The position numbers and the translations under genes are program-made. DNA of 64,000 nt. Origin: Octopus vulgaris (Eukaryota). This document shows positions 1 to 13,299 of this stretch, piece after piece. Within the stretch, counting starts at the first letter, position 1, and each line of letters opens with the position of its first letter. The stretch lies in contig OX597823.1 of the NCBI GenBank assembly GCA_951406725.2, forward strand, positions 114,700,001 through 114,764,000. Direction: 5' to 3'. The notes beneath the pieces were generated by a model. The model had not been told where the DNA came from. It searched no databases and was given only the letters and a program-made list of their open reading frames with translations.

Positions 1-232
1 TATTTGTCTAAGAAATATGAGAGCAATAACAGCACAGCCTCAGACGTGAGCAGAATCGCGTTGTGGCTTAGGATGCCTGTCTGCATATTAGCAGTACTGT
101 CCGAATGAAATATGGTGTAGAATGCCTCTGTGTGCAACAGTAGTACTGTCCTAGATATGTGTGCAGTACAGTGTCGCGGTTTCAGATGTCTGAATGCGTT
201 ATAGCATCAATGTCCCAGATATGTGGTCAATA

Positions 233-561
233 GAAATGTTTTTGGAAGCGGCTGTTAGTAGATTAGTTAGTGCTTGACTAGTACTTATTTTATCGAGCCC
301 AGAAAAATGGAAAACAAAGTCGACTCTCGGCAGCACTTGAACTCAGAGCGTAAAGACGGACAGAATACCGCTAAGCAATTTGCCCAGCGTGCTAACTCGC
401 TGCTTTGATGATGATGATGATGATGATGTGATGATGATGATGATGATGATGATGGTAGTAGTAGAAGTAGTTGTAGTTGTAGTAGTAGTAGTAGTAGTAA
501 TCGCTGTCAGCAACGACGATGTCGACGAAGGGAGAAGAACCTTACTTAACGAAACAACGTC
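233..561. repeat. Left arm of a near-identical ~330 bp inverted duplication (partner 6230-6564)
   Basis: Reverse complement of 6230-6564, including a SINE part, (GAT)n/(GTA)n tracts and unique sequence. Differs by a couple of substitutions and by microsatellite length. Confidence 0.9.
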
Positions 562-639
562 CCAGATATGTGAGTTGTAGTGCGACGTGAATGTAAGATG
601 TCTATACATGTAACACCTGCACTGTACCAGGTATGTGAA

Positions 640-943
640 TGTTGTTTGTTCCTTCTCGAGCTATGCCTGACACACAAGGGCCGGTTTCCCGGTTTCATCA
701 GCGTATAGGTTCCCCACCTGGACGGGATGCTGGTCCGTCGCAAGTGAGCAGCTAGATGCAGGAGGAAAGAATGAGAGAAAGTTGTGGCGAAAGAGTCAGC
801 AGAAGTTCGACATTACTTTCTGCCGGATCTGCGTGGAGCTTAGGTGCATCGCTCACAAACACACACATCGCCCGGTCTGAGATTCGAACCCGCGATCCCT
901 CGACCGCCAGTCCACTGCTCTAACCACTAGGCCATGTGCCTCC
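640..943 (-). mobile_element. tRNA-derived SINE
   Basis: Minus strand starts GGAGGCACATGGCCTAGTGGTTAGAGC (A box) ... GGGTTCGAATCTC (B box), followed by a non-tRNA body. Confidence 0.75.
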
Positions 944-1648
944 AAAGGTATGTGAATAGTTATTATAATAGTGACTCTTGAGATGTTCATATGCGAGTGT
1001 ACCGGGTACGTTGGAGGCATTGTAATGTGTGTATGAAAAGAGAACTGTTTCAGGTAAGTTAGTAGTATTGTAATTTGGGTTTAGAATGTTCGTATGTGCA
1101 ATACCAGCATTGTCCACATGAGCAGTACCGTATTGTGAATCTGACATGTGGTGTGTGTGTGTGTATGTGTAACACTAGCACAGTTCTATATATGTGTGTC
1201 TAGGATGCCTAGGTGTAAGAGCAGTCCTGTAATGTGCGTCTTAATTCATGCTCTTACAAGGCCCAGAATATTTCGTAAATAATCAACCCTAATAGTTAAC
1301 TGGTATTCGTTTATTAGGAAGGGGGATGGAATCCCCAAAGTGACCGCACTTGACCGCCACTGAAAATATAAGAGTATAGCAACACTAGAAGAAACCGCAG
1401 GAGCAGTTACGTCAACAACAGCACAAACAAAGCTAGCCATGGTCAATCGATCTGTTAAAATAGCAGCCAAATCTTTCTCAAATCAAATCTCAAAGGCCTG
1501 AAACTACGCGAACGCCACGGCTGGAAAGCATTTCACCAGAAGTTTTGTTATTGCTGTGGAACCAACAGCAGCTGTAGTAGTAGTAGTAGTAGTAGTAGAG
1601 TAATGGTGGTGGTGGTGGTAGGTGAAGGAGCTGCAGCAACAGCAGTGA

Positions 1649-1695
<47 letters not shown>

Positions 1696-1769
1696 TGAGG
1701 AGGAGGAGGAGGAGGAGGAGGAGCTGCCGCAATTCTTAGCAGTAGAAAAGAAAAAATTAGTATAGCACT

Positions 1770-2200
1770 AGCCAGAGTAAGAGTAGCTGGAGTGGTAATG
1801 ATGTGGTTGTGGTTTCGGCGGTAGTTTACAGTAGAGGCAGCCAGAGTAATAGCAGCAGGAGTGGTATTGTTGTGATTGTGGTTTCGGTGGTAGTTAATGG
1901 TAGAGGTAGTCAGAGTAATAGTAGCAAGAGTGGTAATGTTGTGGTTGTGGTTTCGGTGGTAGTTTATGGTGGAGATAGCCAGACTAATAGTAGCAGAAGT
2001 GGTAATGTTGTGGTTGTGGTTTCGGTGGTAGTTTATGGTAGAGGTAGCCAGAGTAATAGCAGCAGGAGTGGTATTGTTGTGGTTGTGGTTTCGGTGGTAG
2101 TTAATTGTAGAGGTAGTCAGACTAATAGTAGCAAGAGTGGTAATGTTGTGGTTGTGGTTTCGGTGGTAGTTTATGGTAGAGGTAGTCAGAGTAATAGTAG
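1770..2200. repeat. 69-bp minisatellite, about 6 copies
   Basis: Recurring unit gtggttgtggtttcggtggtagtttatggtagaggtagccagagtaatagcagcaggagtggtattgtt; 23-aa periodicity in ORF 1803-2303. Confidence 0.9.
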
Positions 2201-2864
2201 TACTAATAGTGGTAACGGTTGCGATGATAGTACTGGTGATAGTAGTAACGGTGGTGGAGGTGGTAGATGTGTGGTGATGGTGGGAGGAATAATGGGGGGG
2301 TGATAGTGTTGGTGGTGGTGGTGGTGGCTGGGGCAGTAGTATTTGTAGTTGTAGAGGTTTGGGCGATAGTATACTGGTAGCTGCGTTGTTAACGTTGTAG
2401 TGAGAGTTTCGAGGAAGAGAGAGAGAGAGAGAGATGGAAGAAAAAGAGGGAAAAAAAGGAGAGATGAAGGTATAAGACGGTGATAGGGAGAGTGAGGAGA
2501 GGGGAGAGGAGGAGGGAGTGGGGATGTAATTGTCCGGCAGAGAGTTGTATAGAGAACGAGTATGTCTGTCTTTATAACTTTATATCTGTCTCTCTCTCGT
2601 CTCATTTCTATGTTCTTCTCTCTCACCGTCTATCTATCTTTCTATCCATCTATCTATCTCTGTCTCTCCCCATTTCTCTCTCTCTCTCTCTTTCTCTCAC
2701 ATTATCTATCTATCTATCTAACTCAGTCTTCTTCTGTCTCTCACCATCTCTCTTTCTCTTTCTATTTGTATTTTTGTCTCTATCTTTCTCTCTCTCCCTT
2801 TCTCTCTCTCCCTTTCTCTCTCTCTCCCTTTCTCTCTCTCTCCCTTTCTCTCTCATCTCTCTCC

Positions 2865-2904
<40 letters not shown>

Positions 2905-3003
2905 CAATGTGTGACTCTCTTTTTTTTTATCCCTCGCACACTCGCCCACACTCTTTATTTCCATTTCTGTGTGACTTTTCCTATCTCTCTCCCTCTCTCT
3001 CCC

Positions 3004-3065
<62 letters not shown>

Positions 3066-3382
3066 CCTCTCTTATTCAATAATTCCTAAATATGTCTCTT
3101 TGTATGCGAGTGTCTCTCTCCCTCAATGTATCAGTGATTGTTTTTATCTCGGTATATTCAATTGTGAATGTGTGCGTGTGTGTGTATACATATGTATGGA
3201 AGTAAGAATATACTATGAAACGACGTCTTTATCTGACTATGTATATATCCGTGATCGCCGATATATATTGGTGTGTGTGTGTGTGTGTGTGTTTATGATG
3301 TTTGTGTATGTGTAAGTATGCGAACGATGTCCCTCTCTAAGTGCACGCACGCAGTGTCAGCGTGTTTGCGCCTGTGAAGATA

Positions 3383-3792
3383 TTACTCTCTTTTAATTGT
3401 TTCAGGCATTTGACTGCGGCCATGCTGGAGCACCGCCTTTAGTCGAGCAAATCGACTCCGCGCCTTATTCTTTGTAAGCCTAGTACTTATTCTATCGGTC
3501 TCTTTTGCCGAACCGCTAAGTGACGGGGACGTATACACACACCAGCATCAGTTGTCAAGCAATGGTGAGGGGACAAACACAGACACACAAACACATACAT
3601 ACATACATATATATATATATACATATATACGACAGGCTTCTTTCAGTTTCCGTCTACCAAATCCCCTCACAAGGCATTGGTCGACCCGGGGCTATAGCAG
3701 AAGACACTTGCCCAAGATGCCACGCAGTGGGACTGAACCCGGAACCATGTGGTTGGTTAGCAATCTACTTACCACACAGCCACTCCTGCGCC
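3383..3792 (-). mobile_element. SINE family A (tRNA-derived, CORE-like, internal TA/TG microsatellite)
   Basis: Minus strand begins GGCGCAGGAGTGGCTGTGTGGTAAG...GGTTCCGGGTTCAGTCCC, has the CORE-like CTTGGGCAAGTG motif, and ends with the shared tail GCGGTGCTCCAGCATGGCCGCAGTCAAATG. Confidence 0.85.
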
Positions 3793-3810
3793 TTGGATAC
3801 ATATATATAG

Positions 3811-3961
3811 AAGTGGCTGCGTGCTAAGAAGTTTGCTTCCCAAGCACATGGTTCTGTGTTCGGTTCCCCTGCGTGTCACCTAGGGAAAGTGTCTTCTACT
3901 ATAGCCTTGAGCTGACCAATCCTTGTGAATTCGGTAGACGGAAACTGAAAGAAGCCCGTCC

Positions 3962-4009
<48 letters not shown>

Positions 4010-4232
4010 TGTGAGTGTGTGTTTATGTATATATGTATATATGAATGTATTTGTGTGTCCGTGTTTGGCCCACACCTCATCGTTTGACAACCGATGTTCA
4101 TATGTTTATGTCCCCGTGTCTTAGCGGTTCGTTAAAGGTGGGCGATAGAATGAGTCCGAGGCTTACTAAGAATAAGTCCAGGGTTCGATTTGTTCGATTT
4201 TGCCGCAGTCAAATGACAGAAACAAGCAAAAC
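3811..4232 (+). mobile_element. SINE family A, diverged copy head-to-head with 3383-3792
   Basis: Same head, GGTAGACGGAAACTGAAAGAAGCCCGTC block and tail, on the plus strand. Confidence 0.8.
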
Positions 4233-4270
4233 AATAAACGCATAAAAGAATATATACATGTGTGTGTGTG

Positions 4271-4450
<180 letters not shown>

Positions 4451-4756
4451 TATACATATATATATATATACGACGCGCTTCGTTTCAGTTTCCGTCTACC
4501 AAATCTACTCACAAGGCTTTGGTCGGCCTGAGGGTATAGTTGAAAACACTTGCCGAAGATGCCACGAATCCGAACTGAAACCGGAACCATGTTGTTGGAA
4601 AGCAATCTTCTTACTGCACAGCCACGCAAGACCATATATAGATATACACATACACATATATGTTTTCTTTAGTTGTTTCAGTAATTTGGCTGCGGACATG
4701 CTGCGGAATCACCTCCAAAGGGATAGGGGCAAACACAGACACAAGAACATAACGCA

Positions 4757-4793
<37 letters not shown>

Positions 4794-4882
4794 TATATGC
4801 ATATATATACATTACCTGTTTCCATCACTCACAACAAGGACGAGGCGTTGGGCTTTGAGAGACATAACACATATACATATGA

Positions 4883-4961
<79 letters not shown>

Positions 4962-4963
4962 GG

Positions 4964-5046
<83 letters not shown>

Positions 5047-5265
5047 GTTTCTTTATTGGCCACACAGGGCTGCACACAGATGGGACAAGTTACAAGGTAG
5101 AGCTTTTCTTTTGGGGGATGAAAAAAACAAAAAACAAAAGAAACAAAAAAAAGGGGGTGGCGTAGGTTTTCAATCAAGAGGGATCGTAAAAGGGAAGAAA
5201 AGAACAAAAAATAAATAAATAAATGAATAAAATGAAAAATAAAAAAAGAAAAATAATAAAAAAAA
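5047..5265 (-). mobile_element. 3' terminal fragment of the Tx1/L1-like LINE, inside a (GATA)n array
   Basis: Matches 23521-23650 (gtttctttatt..cacacagggctgcacacagat..ttacaaggtagagcttttctttt) and is flanked by (GATA)n on both sides. Confidence 0.85.
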
Positions 5266-5266
5266 G

Positions 5267-5415
<149 letters not shown>

Positions 5416-5438
5416 CAAATTAGTAGATAGATAGATAA

Positions 5439-5567
<129 letters not shown>

Positions 5568-5570
5568 CAA

Positions 5571-5661
<91 letters not shown>

Positions 5662-5685
5662 TGTTTCTTTTCGTAAAAGGAAAGT

Positions 5686-5726
<41 letters not shown>

Positions 5727-6229
5727 AAGATAGAAAATGTCTGCGTATGTATTGGTATCTCTATATATATATGCATATATAAATGTACACCCATATATAT
5801 ATATATGTATGCATGTATGATGTATATATATGTATCTTATTTGTTTAGATATTAATCTATGTAGGAATACGTTCATGTATGCATGTATGCATGTATGTAT
5901 GTATGTATATGTATGGCTGCGCATACACGTGCATATATGTGTATATAAAAGTGTATGTATATGTGTGTGTGAGAGGAAGTGCGCCCGTACGTTGCTGTGT
6001 GTACGCGTATAACTCTGCTTGTAACTATATCTGTGCGTGTGTGTTAGATATATTTGTGTCTGTGTGTTTGATTCACAAACGGTCCTAAGCGATGCGTATA
6101 AATAAATGTAAGACTATGTTGAGTCGGTGGAGGCATTCTAGCTTTTGCACCCCTGGAATATGGTATGACTTAAGAGTATGGTGAGTGAATCTTGTCAGTT
6201 GAGAAGTCTAGGGTTCGTATCACACCCGT

Positions 6230-6291
6230 GACGTTGTTTCGTTAAGTAAGGTTCTTCTCCCTTCGTCGACATCGTCGTTGCTGACAGCGAT

Positions 6292-6324
<33 letters not shown>

Positions 6325-6564
6325 AACTACTTCTACTACTACCATCATCATCATCATCATCATCATCACATCATCATCATCATCATCATCAAAGCAGCGA
6401 GTTAGCACGCTGGGCAAATTGCTTAGCGGTATTCTGTCCGTCTTTACGCTCTGAGTTCAAGTGCTACCGAGAGTCGACTTTGTTTTCCATTTTTCTGGGC
6501 TCGATAAAATAAGTACTAGTCAAGCACTAATTAATCTACTAACAGCCGCTTCCAAAAACATTTC
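6230..6564. repeat. Right arm of the inverted duplication (partner 233-561)
   Basis: Reverse-complement match to 233-561. Confidence 0.9.
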
Positions 6565-6593
6565 AGGCCTTGTACCTCTAATGGAAGAGTTTA

Positions 6594-7550
6594 GGCAGCG
6601 AGGTGGCAGAATCGTTAGTACGCAGGACGAAATGCTTAGCGGTATTTCGTTTGCCGTTACGTTGTGAGTTCAAATTCCGCCGAGGTCGACTTTGCCTTTC
6701 ATTCTTTCGGGGTCGATAAATTAAGTACCAGTTATGCACTGGGGTCGATGTAATCGACTTAATAACTTCGTCTGTCCTTGTTTGTCCCTTGTGGGTAATA
6801 AAGAAATAGGTATTTCGTCTGCCGCTCCGTTCTGAGTTCAAATTCCGCCGAGGTCGACTTTGCCTTTCATCCTTTCGAGGTTGATAAATTAAGTACCAGT
6901 TACGCACTGGGGTCGATATGGTCGACTTCATTCGTCTGTCTGTCATTGTTTGTACTCCTTGTGGTTAGTAAAGAAATAGGTATTTCGCCTGTCTTTACGT
7001 TCTGAGTTCAAATTCCGCCGCGGTCGACTTTGACTTTTATCCTTTCAGGGTCGATAAATTAAGTACAATTTGCTTACTGGGGCTCGATCTAATCGACTAG
7101 CCGCCTCCCCAAAAATTTCAAGCCTTGTGCCTAGAGTAGAATAGAATATTCAAGAAGTACTGAAGGCAGAGAGCATGGCAGGTGAAATGCTTAGTGGTAT
7201 TTCGTCTACCGTTATGTTCTGAGTTCAAATTCTGCCGAGGTCGACTTTGCCTTTCATCATTTCAGGGTCGATTAAATACGTACCAGTTACGCACTGGGGT
7301 CGATATAATCGACTTAATCCATGTGTCTGTCTTTGTTTGTCCTCTCTGTGTTTAGCCCCTTGTCGGTAGTAAAGAAATAGGTATTTCTTCTGCCGCCACG
7401 TTGTGAGTTCAAATTCCACCGAGCTCGACTTTGCCTTTCATCCTTTCGGGGTCGATAAATTAAGTACCAGTTGCGTACTGGGGTCGATCTAGTCGACTGG
7501 CCCCCTTTCAATACTTTCGGGCTTTGTGCCTAGAGTAGAAATGAATATCC
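6594..7550 (+). mobile_element. SINE family B cluster with head-to-tail concatemers
   Basis: Head GGCAGCGAGGTGGCAGAATCGTTAG (A box) and B-box-like GAGTTCAAATTCC. The central domain GCCTTTCATCCTTTCGGGGTCGATAAATTAAGTACCAG is repeated five times. Confidence 0.85.
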
Positions 7551-8220
7551 AAGAAGTACTGATTGTTTTTGTTGTCTCTACAGCAGGATATTTTCCCAGT
7601 TTTTGATTTTATTCAAACTGAATATCATCATTCATAAAACTAGCGATAATATTAATAACTTAGCATTCATGAGACAATCGAAGTGAATTTTCCTGCAAGT
7701 TTTAGTGATTGCATTTATTCCTGGTTGTATAAAACTATTTAAGAGAAACGCACATTTTAACTATCAAGGGTGCATAGTAAGTTATGATATTCACGTTTAA
7801 GAATCTATTTATTTAATTAAGAAGAGAATTTACTAAACGAATTTAAATAATAGATACAATGAATCCATACAATGCATCCATAGAGCGCATCCATACGGTA
7901 ACCCAGCAATAAAAATTATTTGAGTGTTTACTTTGAGGAACAAACTAAGTGATCGCATATAATGGAACAAGGGTTAGCTCTTTTCTTTTTCTTTCTTTTC
8001 GGTTAGAAGCACAAGTATCGTTACACTGTCGGGAAAAGTCTTAGTGGTATTTCGTCCGGCTCAACGGGCTTAGTTCACTTTCTGCAAACGCCAGCTTTGC
8101 CTTTTATCCCGTAGGGAGTCGATAAAATAAAGTACTAGTCAAGTACTGCGATCGATGGTATGGGCCAATCCCTCCTCTCAAAATTGTTGGCCAAGTTCAA
8201 AAAGCACTATTATTATTATT

Positions 8221-8487
8221 AGCCCCTTGTGGGTAGTAAAGAAATGGGTATTTCGTCTGCCGCTACGTTCTGAGTTCAAATTCCACCGAGGCCGACTTTG
8301 CCTTTCATCCTTTCGGGGTCGATAAATTAAGTACCAGTTGCGTACTGTGGTCGATCTAATCGACTGGCCCCCTTTCAAAACTTTCGGGCTTTGTGCCTAG
8401 AGTAGAAAAGAATATCCAAGAAGTACTGATTGTTTTTTGTTTTTTTTTTTGTCTCTACAGCAGGATATTTTCCCAGCTTTTGATTTT
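8221..8487 (+). repeat. Direct duplicate of ~7353-7610 (SINE B 3' part plus unique flank)
   Basis: Identity extends past the SINE end into gaatatccaagaagtactgattg...gtctctacagcaggatattttcccag. Confidence 0.75.
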
Positions 8488-8489
8488 GT

Positions 8490-8765
8490 TAGGTTAGGGT
8501 GTTCCACTCACGATCGCGAGATCGTGGGTTCAATTCCTAGACCGGGTGCTCCGTTGTCGGGTGGTCCGTTGTGTTCTTGAGCACTTCATCTCAACGTTGC
8601 TCCGCTGTCACTCCGATACCTGACGCTTGGCACACTTTGCACCGTTTCGGGTAAGGTCGATTTGATGGAGAGATTGAGCTAATGTACACCACATAAATTT
8701 GATCACTATAAACAAATCATTTGGGGTGGCCGTTCGGCAAAAAAAGCTGAATATTCATCGTTATA
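8490..8765 (+). mobile_element. tRNA-derived SINE (degenerate)
   Basis: ggttagggtg...gatcgtGGGTTCAATTCCtagacc B box, then tgtgttcttgagc; a related copy lies near 61655-61790. Confidence 0.55.
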
Positions 8766-8779
8766 AGACAATAGTTCTG

Positions 8780-9900
8780 CGTGATTTGGGTATGTAGTGT
8801 GCTTTGTTTTATAATGTTGTTATTTTTACGATATGGGAAGTGTTTTACGTAGGATATGTGAAGTCCATAGCAGTGTGCTATTTTCTGTATGTTAATATAT
8901 ATTCGTAAGTCCTGGTGTTTTCATTATGTATTTGTGTGTATGGTTTTTAACTATATCTAATGCACTTATTATTGAAGTGATTATTTCTTATCTTCAGGCT
9001 CCACGCTCGTGTAATCTGTATTTCAAGATCTTTATATTTCGAGAGTCTTGTGTTGGGATTGATATGTGGATTAGAAGACATTTTTTGGTCCCTCACAACA
9101 ATATCTGGTCCATTAGCCCTAATCTTTCTCTCTCTCTTTCTCTCCCTCTCTCTCTCACACACACACACAAACACTCTCACTCTCTCACTATTTCTCTATC
9201 TCCCCCTCTCCCCCCTCTCTCTGTGAATTGGCATGTCCCAGATTCTGGTTGTTTTGTCGTTTTCTGCATTTCCTGTCTTTTTTCCATTCTCATTCCAAAG
9301 TGCTGCACAACTCCCAATTCTGTCATGTCTGTGTATATATTCCTTCTTTGCTAGAACTGGGCAACCAGAAACAACATGATTTATAATTGTATCTTCCCCA
9401 TCACTATATATTCTGCAGTTACTTATTGTATTTTTTATCATTATGTGATTTTGGTGGTTGCTGGTGGGGAGGCTTTGATCTTGTGCCGCAATTATAAACC
9501 CTTAAGTCCCTGCTTCGAGTTCGGAACTTTTCAACCAGTGTGAGAATTTTACTTTATTTCTTTTCTGTTTAGCTTATCCAAGTATTTGCCACGGAAGGGC
9601 TTTTCTTGCCATCGTCTTCTCGCGGTTCTTTGTAGTTTCAGTTTTGGCTTAGATTTTAGTTGCTTTACAACTTTTGATGCTTCTTCTTTTTCTTCATAAC
9701 TGTCAGCCATTATAAACTCTTCCTTGTATTTTTCGGTTTCAAGACAGAAAAGTTTCTTTTTCTTTTTACTCATGCTTTGTGGCTATTTGTTGCAGTTTTC
9801 CTCGGTTCTGAATTAGATATTCTTGTCGTCCTATGTTGGGTATTTCATAGTTGTTTTCTAGTTGTGTAAAAACTCAAATTCGTTGTATTTTTAACATTTC
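8780..9900 (-). pseudogene. Degenerate R4/Dong-like non-LTR retrotransposon, C-terminal CCHC plus restriction-like endonuclease region
   Basis: ORF fragments CRIYSDGEDTIINHVVSGCPVLAKKEYIHRHDRIG (CCHC-like plus RHD), RANGPDIVVRD (PD motif) and SKYKDLEIQITRAW (KY.DL), typical of RLE-encoding LINEs. Frameshifted. Confidence 0.7.
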
Positions 9901-10021
9901 TGTGTCAGATTGTGGTTAGTGCTGTCTTGTACGGATATTCACTTAGTGTCAGTTTTAAAATATTGTAATTATAACTTATAACCGGGAAAACTAGAGATAA
10001 TATTATTATAATTATTATTAT

Positions 10022-10057
<36 letters not shown>

Positions 10058-10061
10058 CAGC

Positions 10062-10116
<55 letters not shown>

Positions 10117-10184
10117 CAAACACACACACGTGTGTGTATATATATATATATATATGTATACATATGTATGTATATATACATACG

Positions 10185-10245
<61 letters not shown>

Positions 10246-10576
10246 GTATGTATACATATATATATTCAAACATATTTTGCCTGTTAAATAAGGAGTAGAA
10301 ATGAGAGTACTCACTACTCTAAATAGTGATATTATACAAATTATTTGAAGCTGAAACTTCCCAATTCGTGACTCCAGTTTCTATTTTGTGATCTTCAGAC
10401 AATTCTGGTTGCAGTGAAGTGACTGAAAACCATTGAAACAATACAAGTGAAACTATTGATAGCAGGCATCTAAAAATTAATATTTAAAGCTTTTAGAGAT
10501 ATTGGAGATAAAACGTGTATTCTACTCCAGGTGGAAAGTCGCATACGTATTCACACGATCAAATGAAGTAATAGTA

Positions 10577-11142
10577 TTGGGTTCTCGGGAAAGTTCGTGC
10601 CGATTTTTAAAGGAAAGAAAAATGTCAATAAATACTTGCCATTACATTTTTAATCAACCAAATATGAACCATGTTGTTGCACAATGCGTCTCCATCTTTC
10701 CTTTAACTTGAAAATACCCTCTCCCCAGAATTGAGGTGGTTTCATGGCAAAGAATTCATCAAGGTATCTTTTTACGTCATCCAAGATATTGAAATTTTTA
10801 CCATTAAGACTATTCTGCAGAGACCTGAATAAGTGGAAATCCGAAGGAGCAATATCTGGTGTATATGGCGGGTGGGGTAACACATCCCAGCCGAGATGCA
10901 GCAATTTTTGTCTGGTTCCCAAAGCATCAAGTGCCGAAAATGAACTTTCTTATATTCCATTTTAAAGGGTTACAGAATTAACACGGGTTATAGGAACATA
11001 AATCTTCTGCCACGAAAAGATAGCTTAAACTGTGCTCTAAATGGAGGTGTAGTCAAATCCTATTTTATGGACTCAATTATGTTCTGAAATAAGTCGAAAT
11101 GTAAGCTACTATAAATCGGCACGAACTTTCCAGACAACCCAG
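10577..11142 (-). mobile_element. Internally deleted mariner transposon
   Basis: TIRs ttgggttctcgggaaagttcgtgccgattt / aaatcggcacgaactttccagacaacccag, with TA on the left. ORF 10650-10922 has WDVLPHPPYTPDIAPSDFHLFRSL (mariner YSPDLAPSD motif). Confidence 0.92.
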
Positions 11143-11643
11143 TGAGTAGGAAGTTTCGTGCAATAATATAAAACAAAGCGGAAAGAGAAAGGAGAATGGA
11201 AACTGTCTCAAGCAATGTCTACGTTTTGTTTGGTGCACCATACCATCTGGACCAGGCTTCTTATTCTTGGATATGGTTGACTGTGTAAGGTGTGTGGCTA
11301 AAGGGGTGACTGGAATTGATTGTTGATGCATATTTTCATCAATTACAGACAGTTACAAGCAATGATACAGTCTATACATAGTCGCTAGAAATAGGAGCTA
11401 AATTCCCTTCAAGTTCAGAACCCTGTATAAATAAGGAACGGGCAAGTTAATAACGGACTGAGAAATTGAGTGTGACTCAGTTGGAACACTCTACACTGCT
11501 TCTCTAGCCACACTCAGTTTTGCTGTATCACTTTTCTAGTTCAAGTGCACTCAGTTTCCCTACCCGTTTTACTCCCTCAGCGACACTCAGCGGCCAGAAA
11601 TAGTAAAAGCTAAGCCATTAGCGGACGAACAGAGCATACACAG

Positions 11644-11674
<31 letters not shown>

Positions 11675-12078
11675 TGAGGTGAATGGTGGTGAGTAGGGTT
11701 TCGCAGGGACGTGAACCGGACAAATAGCATGAGCGGCCACTAAGCATCGGATCGATACTGACACGTCATCGGCGAAGCTTACTTTGCTAAGTGCACGCCA
11801 ACACGGGAAACACTAACATAATATAATAATTCACTATAAACTAAACGAACCATCATGACGGCAGCTGCAACACGTTAACACATGTGGGTGTGTGTGTGTG
11901 TATACATACATACATACATACATATATATTTATATATATATATATATATACATGCATACATACATATATATATATATATACATACATAGACATACATATA
12001 TATACACATATATATATATATACATATCTCTATATATACATATATATAGGTGTGTGTGTATGTATGTATATACATATG

Positions 12079-12119
<41 letters not shown>

Positions 12120-12449
12120 ATGTATCTATACATACATAAACATATGGGTTTATACATACGCACATATACATATGTAATGTGTGTATATATATTTATGTAT
12201 ATGTGTATATATAGGTATATACATATATACGCATATATACATTTATTAGTGTGTGTGTGTGTGTGTTTTTTGGATAAATTAAATAAATTTGTTTTTTTAA
12301 AGTTATTTTAGGAGTAAGAAATACCGATCACTCATGGAGTGACTCAGTATTATGAGTGGAGTGAGACTTATCGATGGAATATCAAGTTACGTGTTTTGGC
12401 TTGTTGTACCTGGCTGAATCGTCCAAGTCCATATATAGTCATATATTGA

Positions 12450-13226
12450 TGAGGTACGTTCAAACAGCATCAGGCTTTATCTTTTTTTCCGCCAAAATTA
12501 ATGCCGCATGGGCAAAATCCTTTGTGTGGGACTTGACGGCACCCCACCTGGGCATGAGAGAAAACTTTTACGCCGGTAGGCCGCAGCAGTTCCTGGTTCT
12601 TATGCCTAAAGTACTAGAGTGCAGTTGTGTAGTGTGCCCTTAGCGGATTTTTGTTTTCACAGATGACCAAGCGCACCAGCAGACACCAGAAACTCATGTC
12701 TCATCACCAGCGATGATGGTTAACATGAAGTGTGGGTCGTGGTCTTCACAGTCTCAGAGTGATTCCCATGCGAAGTTGCTTCTACTGTTCCGCCAGCACA
12801 TTAGGGACGAATGCCGCTGGTACTCTCCAAATGCACAAGCATTCCTTTAAATGGAATATACAGATCCTGTGTTTATTCCCACATCGTGAACACATTCCTG
12901 GATTGTTCTGTGACGGTCTTCATGACTATTTGCCGAAGTCTCTCAATCAGTTCTTCGTTTCGGTTTGTAGAAGACCCGCTTGAGCGTGCCTCGGTCTCCA
13001 CTGAGGCGCTGCCATACTTGAAGCAGTTGTGCCACTCCTTGATCTGAGTTTTAGCCATGATATAAACGCCAAAGGACTGCTGCGGTGACTGACACGGTCT
13101 ACCGGCGCCGAAATTTTGTCATGATCACATGAAGGATGGCGCCACCTCTCTCCAAAAGGACTTTGCCCACGTGATATTAGTTTTGCCGAGAAATAATGAA
13201 GGCGGATTCTCTTTCAACGCACCTCA
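12450..13226 (-). mobile_element. Degenerate mariner transposon
   Basis: Imperfect long TIRs (tgaggtacgttcaaacagcatc... / ...gattctctttcaacgcacctca). ORF 12873-13058 MAKTQIKEWHNCFKYGSASVETEARSSGSSTNRNEELIERLRQ resembles the mariner N-terminal HTH and GRP linker. Confidence 0.8.
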
Positions 13227-13299
13227 TGTGTGCATACATTCACACACACACATAGACGGTTTGTGCATGTGGTATATAGATCGTAAAATAGTCATACGG

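Noticed and set aside
870-943. Possible tRNA gene on the minus strand
   Set aside because: Anticodon and acceptor stems are imperfect and it continues into a SINE body; called as a SINE head.
1803-2303. 166-aa repeat protein VVVVSVVVYGRGSQSNSS
   Set aside because: Product of a 69-bp minisatellite; no splice or domain evidence.
7560-7600. Polypyrimidine tract plus CAG resembling a splice acceptor (duplicated at ~8440-8475)
   Set aside because: No recognisable exon ORF or donor site follows.
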